The notes under the pieces were generated by a model. It was not told the DNA's origin and searched no databases. It saw nothing but the letters and a program-made list of their open reading frames with translations. Positions 58,014-64,000 of a stretch of DNA of 64,000 nt are shown here, piece after piece. Location of the stretch: NCBI GenBank assembly GCA_963665115.1, contig OY762007.1, forward strand, positions 5,856,001 through 5,920,000, in the 5' to 3' direction. Made by a program: the position numbers and the translations under genes. This stretch comes from an uncultured Rivularia sp. GTDB taxonomy: Bacteria; Cyanobacteriota; Cyanobacteriia; Cyanobacteriales; Nostocaceae. Every line of letters begins with the position of its first letter. Position 1 is the first letter of the stretch.

Positions 58014-58728
58014 GTGCGGGTGATGCTTCTAAAGGTACAGAAGAAAAACCCAAAACTCCCGATGAGTTACGCGGCACGAAGCTTTGAAAGGGAAGAGTGA
58101 AGAGTTTAAGCAGCGAGTGGTTGATTTCGCTTTTAGAAGTGGCTTATCAAAAGATGACCCATTATTTCTGGTACTAGTTGCTACCGGACAATTGGAAGCA
58201 ATGTTACAGGATGCACCAGAAACATTAAAAGTACTTTTTAAAACTTGGAATCAAGATTTAGCCAATAACTTGGAGAAAGTAGAACAAGTTGCTGTTCAAA
58301 GACAAAAAGTAGCAATTAACCGAGCAGCACAAGCTTTGATTCATGAATCTTTGGTACGTGAAGGTCGGAATATCATCAATTCTATTTATCCGGCTGCTAT
58401 TGTATTCTTTCTGATTTTTGGAGCGGGTTTTATCGGAGGAGTAACGATACCACCTTGGATTGTTGGTGTGTTGGGGAAGGGGTATACCTTAGTCAAATCT
58501 AATAATTTAACCTGGGACGAGATGAACGCAATGAAATGGGCAATGTCGAGTGAAGGTAAATTTGCGAGGGATTTAATTAATTGGAATCGCGGTTACTTGG
58601 ATAATAAGGAATGTGTTAAAGATGCTCAAAAGTTAGGAGTAGTTTTATCGCAATATAACCGCAAAGCCAGGTCAGGATTTTGCACCATTTGGGTGGTTCC
58701 GGCAGATAAACGTAAATTTGGTTCTTGA
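58010..58728 (+). CDS. Membrane-anchored hypothetical protein (DUF6753-like); apparent frameshift near 58068-58078
   Basis: ATG 58010 overlaps the previous stop; DDPLFLVLVATG motif, coiled coil, TM and WA.S.EG.FA. Confidence 0.55.
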
Positions 58729-58738
58729 ACCCAAACAA

Positions 58739-58798
58739 TAAAGTTTTAAACTAAGACGTAAAATCGTAAACTAGGTCGTAAAGTTATAAACTAATTGT
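58739..58798. repeat. Three imperfect 20-bp direct repeats
   Basis: TAAAGTTTTAAACTAAGACG / TAAAATCGTAAACTAGGTCG / TAAAGTTATAAACTAATTGT. Confidence 0.65.
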
Positions 58799-58984
58799 CA
58801 CATATCGGAATCGGGATTTGATTTGGAGAAAGAATCTTGAACTATAACTTTTGAGACTTGTTAACCGTTTTTTAGTAAAAACTCTTCTGGTTTTGAGCTA
58901 ATAATTAATGTGACAGTAATAAACTTTATTGTTGGCTTACAGTTCCTGAACGCTAACAATTAAGTTGTAAATCAAGTTTTCTAC

Positions 58985-59263
58985 TCACAACCACCAATAG
59001 TATTGGTCAGCCGGATAAAATTCTCCGGTGTAGCCATCGAAAATTAATTCTTGAGATGATTCTATATCTTCGACTTCAAATTCACTATTTATTGCAGCAG
59101 TTTTTTGAGATTTTTTCGCACTTGGTCTTTCAGCCCAAACGTGTTTATGGTAGCAACGCTTGCAAACAGTTCCATCTGAGTTTTTATAACGCCAGGTAGG
59201 ATTTTTCTTGCATATTCTGCATAAAGACTGTTTCCGTCGTTTTGACTTTCCTTTTTTAGTCAT
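58985..59263 (-). CDS. Small CxxC-CxxC zinc-finger-like protein
   Basis: CRIC...CKRC with basic N-terminus and acidic C-terminus. Confidence 0.5.
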   Translation of the reverse strand: MTKKGKSKRRKQSLCRICKKNPTWRYKNSDGTVCKRCYHKHVWAERPSAKKSQKTAAINSEFEVEDIESSQELIFDGYTGEFYPADQYYWWL

Positions 59264-59316
59264 TTTCCGTACATCTCACTCGAATAGAGAGCATTTGCCG
59301 TTAAATCGCATTCATG

Positions 59317-59523
59317 TCAAAACTCTGTGTAATATTTATCCCAATATTCCTGGGATTTAGCATTCTTTCGCGTTTCTTCTTCATCTCTTGCTGCTTCTTT
59401 TCTACGCTCTTCTATTGAGGTGTCATAAAAATCATCATAGTTCGCATACCCTTCGCTCAGAAGTTCATCGGGGGTCATAGATGAAACTATCTGATATCTA
59501 CTTGTTTTTGGCTGATTACTCAT
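59317..59523 (-). CDS. Small acidic hypothetical protein
   Basis: 68-aa ORF divergent from the polymerase-like gene. Confidence 0.45.
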   Translation of the reverse strand: MSNQPKTSRYQIVSSMTPDELLSEGYANYDDFYDTSIEERRKEAARDEEETRKNAKSQEYWDKYYTEF

Positions 59524-59621
59524 TTATCTACCAACATTAAGATACTAGTCTCTATTTTAGTTGACATATAGTAACTGCGTATCACTTACCGTAAAGAAAA
59601 TTTAGACTCCGCAAACTAACT

Positions 59622-62600
59622 ATGGTTTTAAAACTCAAACACTTTGATACTAAAACTAAACAGGATACTCGAATAGAGGAAAAACTAGAAAACACTCTTG
59701 CAGAATACTTATTCAGGGATGTCAAGTTTAGTATTGGTACTGCTTATCCTGAAGCTACTACTCCCCAAGATTTACAAGAACATAACGGAATGACTTTACA
59801 ATTTTGTGCGGGTAAAAGAATGTATTTTGCAAATGACCCGACTATCCGCTCTAAACTATACCCAAATCCTTCCGATGGTGCAGCATATCCTTTACCTTTT
59901 ACACCCTGTCGAAGTTTTCATGAATTAGAAAATGTCAGAATTTTAGTTGTTGATGATGTCACTGGAGACAACGGTGGTGCGATTGCAAAAAGTGATGCAA
60001 AAAAAATGGTAGGTGATTGTAAAGGTTTAATTGATAAAGATTTTGCTATCTCGAATAATATTGCGTCCCGTGCTTTTCAATTTCGGCTTGGTATAAGACC
60101 TCAAGCACAAAGTCCAGTTATGAGAATTGCTAAGGGTACACTTGCACCAGTGCGATTGGATAAGCTGGGAGACTCATTTTTTACTATGGACGGTAATCTG
60201 TCCGATGGTACTCTCCGTTCAAAATTTGGTTGCGATATGGTACTAGCCACGTCTTCTTTTAAAGGAAGGAAAGGAGAAGATGCAATTCAACCTGGAAAAT
60301 ATACACTTTCTATTGGTTTGGGTGTGAAATCATTAGCATTATATCGAGAGCATAGTTTGGGTACTCAGTTTTTAGTCAATTATCCTCATGCAGTAAAACA
60401 AGAAATTTTACCTATTATAAAACAACAAGCAGAACAACTGGCTCAAGAGCAAAAAGACTCTTTAAAAATAGCGCAGCGATATATTGAAACTTACGAAAAA
60501 CGTAAAGCTTTATGTCAACAAAATTTTCAATTAGATTTGGAACCAAAAGATTTAGATTTAAATAATCAATTTTCTATATTTGACGATTTAGATTCTGATA
60601 GAGAAGACGAAAAACATAATGACAGAGATAATGTTGATTGCGTTCAGAAAGATTTGTTGCTTTATTCGCTACTGAAAGCTGATGTAAACAATTATTGTCA
60701 GTTAATTGAACATCCAAAGATTATGAGCGAGCTTCAAGATTTTGTACGTAAACAGTGGGTAGATATCGCAACTGGACGCTCCATCAAGTTTACTTCTGGT
60801 TTAGCTCAACCAAGTTTGGAATTAAAGTGCGATGAAATATGTATACCATATTTAGATGAAAAGGAAGAAATTATAGTTACTCGTTCGCCATTAATTAATT
60901 CTAATGGTGTTATTACTTTAAAAAATAAATATTTACCTAAAATGTTAGATGGATGTGTTTATATTCATCCAAAAACAGCAATGGATAATATGCAATGTGA
61001 TTTTGATGGAGATTTATTAGCATTTGCACCTAGTAAGGATTTTCCAAAATTAGCAATCGAAGTAAAACAAAGAAACTTATTAGAAAACCGTTATCCAGAT
61101 ATTATCAAAAAAGATAAAATACCCTACAAAGGAACTTTTGAAGAAATTGCTGTTGAAGCGATGGATAATAAGATTGGAATCATTGCTAACGAAATTCAGA
61201 AGAACTTAGCCCTACAATCCGAAATTTGTGCAATGCCTCAATCAGATAAATTTGAATATTTGAGACATTTATCGGAACATTTTAATAAACTATTACAACA
61301 ACATGACCGAGGTAAACTAGCAATTCCAGATAAGATAATAGAGCAAATAATACCAGTTGCCTCAACTAATATCAATTCTATTAATAATTTAGAAATAGAG
61401 GAAAAATTACATCAAGTAAAAAAGATATTGTTTGATTGCGTTGCTCACCTGAGTAACGAACTACAAGTTGCAACAGATGGACCCAAGAGTGCTTTACGTC
61501 CTGATAATGAAATTGTTAACTATTGTCAAAAAATAACAGGTTATAAAGAAGTTGAATGGTTAGCTGATAAGAAAAATCCAGAAGCTTTTACTCTTCAAGG
61601 TATGAAAAGTAATGGTTATAGTCCTATTGACTTAATGATTCAACAAACAAACCAAATTTTTGAACAAAGCCAAATTACGGCAAGACCTATTGAGCAATTT
61701 AGAAAGTTATATCCTACTGTTGAATTTACTGATAAAATTATTAATATAGCTAAAGAAATTAAAAGTCATTATAACTTCTTAATTAAACAACGTATTCAGC
61801 TTGAAGAATCCAAGAAACCCGAACGGGGTCCGTACTTAACTATTACTTCTCCAATTACAGGAAAACAACTAGAGATTACTAATTTAATTTCATTTGATAT
61901 TGCTAAGGATTTTGATTTTTGGCAGTTTTCAAAATTGACTATTGCAATAGAATCAAGAAAACCATCAAAAAATATGCCCCATATTTTTAAGGCTACTATT
62001 AAATCAAAAAAATCCGATGGTAAAGACGTAGATATAACTATTGGCACAATTAGCATGAAGTCTATCCGAGAACATAACCTAAAACCTGGAATGAAAATAA
62101 AACAAGGTAATGTTGAATTTAATTTCGGTATTAGCGATGGTATGGTTGATGCTTTAAAGCAACAAACTCTTGAATATGTTGAATCAATAAGAGAAAATAC
62201 TCCTGATAATGAAAAGCTACAGCTAGCAGCTGCAATTCATGATATTAGTCATACCGAAGAAAATAAAAATTATTTAGGTCTTAAAAAAGCAGGTGTGGCT
62301 TTTGCTATATTTCCCGACGAAGTTATAGGTCAATTAAATCAGTTACAGTTTACTCAAATGAGAGTACTTGGTACTCAGTTCAATCATTATGCTGACAGAA
62401 ACTTTGCTGGTGAACAAGTCCCGGTAAAATTTGAGAATGGTATTAATCCCCGTGCCCCCAATCAAACTGCGCGTTGGATAATTGTAGAAGGTAACAAGCT
62501 GGGTACTATTGATGCCTCTTCTCCTCATTTGCTGGCTGGATGTGAAGCGATTGCTGCTATAACTTCTCCTCCTAGTAAAAGCGTTATTATCACCAGCTTG

Positions 62601-63416
62601 AAAAATTCAGATAATAAATTACAAATTGATAACGTTAATAAATATGCTTTTAAATATCGTCAGTGGCAGAATGAACAAGCCAATATTACTTTAGTTATAG
62701 GACAAACTAACCGACATAAAGCACCAACTGTGTTTGCTAAGATAAATAATCAAATATTAGGAACTGTTAATAAAAAATCAGTCAATTTTTTACAAGAAAA
62801 ACTTGCTGCTGTTGGTAAGTCAATTCAGGGATTTACGTTTTCAGGTACCTTAAAAAATGCTCCTGTTAGCTATGCGGATATTACAATTGACCCTTCTACC
62901 GTAAAGTTTCCACAAATTGAAACTACATTACAACATGATAAAAACTCGATTGAAAGTAGTAAGCCGGTTTGCACCGTTTTATTTTTTGAAGCATCTGTAG
63001 ATAGTAAACTTCAGCCATTAACAGAGCAAGTAATATCTAATATGCTCCATCGAGCTGTTGAACGTGCTGCTGAGTTGGGTTATGAGAAGGTACAGTTTGT
63101 TGATGTTTCTACAAATCATACAGAGTCTTCAGCTTCAAGAACTATTAAGCAACTTGCAGCTGAACACCAAGATATAACTGTTGATTTTATCGGTAGTGCT
63201 TCTGTTGAAGATGCAATCGGATTGATGAAGGAACCATCAGATATTGCAATCGGGATTAAGAGCGCTCAAAGTCTTGGCATTATTGATTTTGTAACTGCTC
63301 AGGGAAAGGCGATCGCCACATATAATCCTCAAACGCAAAAATTTGATAGACGGAATTTACCTGCTCCGAAAAAGACTGCTGAAATAACTAAAGATATTGA
63401 ACGCGACGAACGTTGA
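59622..63416 (+). CDS. Single-subunit two-barrel RNA polymerase-like protein (RdRP/YonO-related)
   Basis: Ordered motifs GDCKGLI, AFQFR, AKGT, SSFK, VTRSP, QCDFDGD (60999-61013 for DFDGD), IGIIAN and LQVATDGPKS. Confidence 0.8.
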   Translation: MVLKLKHFDTKTKQDTRIEEKLENTLAEYLFRDVKFSIGTAYPEATTPQDLQEHNGMTLQFCAGKRMYFANDPTIRSKLYPNPSDGAAYPLPFTPCRSFHELENVRILVVDDVTGDNGGAIAKSDAKKMVGDCKGLIDKDFAISNNIASRAFQFRLGIRPQAQSPVMRIAKGTLAPVRLDKLGDSFFTMDGNLSDGTLRSKFGCDMVLATSSFKGRKGEDAIQPGKYTLSIGLGVKSLALYREHSLGTQFLVNYPHAVKQEILPIIKQQAEQLAQEQKDSLKIAQRYIETYEKRKALCQQNFQLDLEPKDLDLNNQFSIFDDLDSDREDEKHNDRDNVDCVQKDLLLYSLLKADVNNYCQLIEHPKIMSELQDFVRKQWVDIATGRSIKFTSGLAQPSLELKCDEICIPYLDEKEEIIVTRSPLINSNGVITLKNKYLPKMLDGCVYIHPKTAMDNMQCDFDGDLLAFAPSKDFPKLAIEVKQRNLLENRYPDIIKKDKIPYKGTFEEIAVEAMDNKIGIIANEIQKNLALQSEICAMPQSDKFEYLRHLSEHFNKLLQQHDRGKLAIPDKIIEQIIPVASTNINSINNLEIEEKLHQVKKILFDCVAHLSNELQVATDGPKSALRPDNEIVNYCQKITGYKEVEWLADKKNPEAFTLQGMKSNGYSPIDLMIQQTNQIFEQSQITARPIEQFRKLYPTVEFTDKIINIAKEIKSHYNFLIKQRIQLEESKKPERGPYLTITSPITGKQLEITNLISFDIAKDFDFWQFSKLTIAIESRKPSKNMPHIFKATIKSKKSDGKDVDITIGTISMKSIREHNLKPGMKIKQGNVEFNFGISDGMVDALKQQTLEYVESIRENTPDNEKLQLAAAIHDISHTEENKNYLGLKKAGVAFAIFPDEVIGQLNQLQFTQMRVLGTQFNHYADRNFAGEQVPVKFENGINPRAPNQTARWIIVEGNKLGTIDASSPHLLAGCEAIAAITSPPSKSVIITSLKNSDNKLQIDNVNKYAFKYRQWQNEQANITLVIGQTNRHKAPTVFAKINNQILGTVNKKSVNFLQEKLAAVGKSIQGFTFSGTLKNAPVSYADITIDPSTVKFPQIETTLQHDKNSIESSKPVCTVLFFEASVDSKLQPLTEQVISNMLHRAVERAAELGYEKVQFVDVSTNHTESSASRTIKQLAAEHQDITVDFIGSASVEDAIGLMKEPSDIAIGIKSAQSLGIIDFVTAQGKAIATYNPQTQKFDRRNLPAPKKTAEITKDIERDER

Positions 63417-63451
63417 ATTTGTATCAACCTATAACAACGGATTAGCGTAAA

Positions 63452-64000
63452 ATGACAATGCTTTTTGATATCGAGCAATATCGTGCCCCAGATTCACAAA
63501 ACCACAAAGGTGACTGGGATGGTGTGAAGTATGATGGAGCTTGGGATATGATGGTTCGGCTTTTCCACAAACTAGTTCTAAAACTTCTTTACAAGAAACT
63601 AGTGGTAGTAACAAAACTGATTGTTGGTATACCCCACCATCAATTGTTGAATTAGTCATACAGGTTTTAGGAGAAATAAATCTTGACCCTTGCGCGGATG
63701 ATGGACGACATATAAGAGCAGCAAAGCATTATACGTTTGATGATGATGGGTTGAAACAGCCTTGGTGTGGGAAAGTTTATATGAACCCTCCCTATTCGCA
63801 CCCTGGTGTTTGGATGAAGAAACTGCAACTTGAATTTGAAACGGGTAATGTGGATGAAGCAATTGCTCTTGTACCAGCTGCTACGGACACCAATTGGTTA
63901 TCTCCAGTTTTGAAAACTCAACCTGTGTGTTTTTGGAAGGGAAGAATTAAGTTTTTAGGTCAAGATTACCAACCAAAATTATCTGCAAGACAGTCTCATG
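63452..64000 (+). CDS. Phage-type DNA N6-adenine methyltransferase; frameshift near 63548, 3' end outside the window
   Basis: Translated by hand: DCWYTP, LDPC, DGL.QPW.GKVYMNPPYS (NPPY at 63784-63795), LVPAATDTNW and GRIKF. Confidence 0.85.

Larger units (their letters stand above)
26177..64000. mobile_element. tRNA-Phe-integrated integrative conjugative element; right end outside the window
   Basis: Integrase directly after the tRNA, then excisionase, repressor, replication protein, T4SS, coupling protein, relaxase and partition genes; no housekeeping genes. Confidence 0.9.

Noticed and set aside
59561..59592. TTGACA as the sigma70 promoter of the polymerase-like gene
   Set aside because: No TAnnnT at 16-18 bp spacing; the nearest is at 20 bp
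59622..63416. Host rpoC1/rpoC fragment
   Set aside because: Lacks the NADFDGD context and other beta-prime motifs; the flanking motifs follow the RdRP-type pattern
26177..64000. attR direct repeat of the tRNA-Phe 3' end
   Set aside because: Not seen by eye in the window; the element appears to continue past 64000

Overview
The window is from a filamentous cyanobacterium, probably Nostocales (inferred from HIP1 GCGATCGC sites, heptamer STRR arrays, Tic22, an SLH porin and a PEP-CTERM protein). Positions 1-26100 are ordinary chromosome: tic22, prmC, tsaC, secDF, pdhB, hemB, prfC, an RNA-binding protein, sucrose-phosphate synthase, NFACT and a porin. From tRNA-Phe (26104-26176) to the window end lies an integrative conjugative element of at least 38 kb whose far end is not visible. 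It encodes a tyrosine integrase and excisionase, an XRE repressor, a Zn-finger/TOPRIM/ATPase replication protein, a cyanobacterial-type T4SS (VirB2/3/4/6/8/10/9-like plus VirD4), an AAA ATPase, a MOB_V relaxase with a candidate pMV158-like oriT, ParM/ParR-like partitioning genes and a phage-type adenine methylase. The most notable gene is a 1264-aa protein (59622-63416) carrying the ordered motifs of single-subunit two-barrel (eukaryotic RdRP/YonO-like) RNA polymerases, including DFDGD. By eye, the element is almost free of GATC except inside HIP1. Thirteen frameshifts fall in one G-[AGT]-CC(C) context, including in essential genes, and look like assembly artefacts; a few other lesions in the element may be real decay. 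No database searches or computations were run, so family calls rest on motif recognition.
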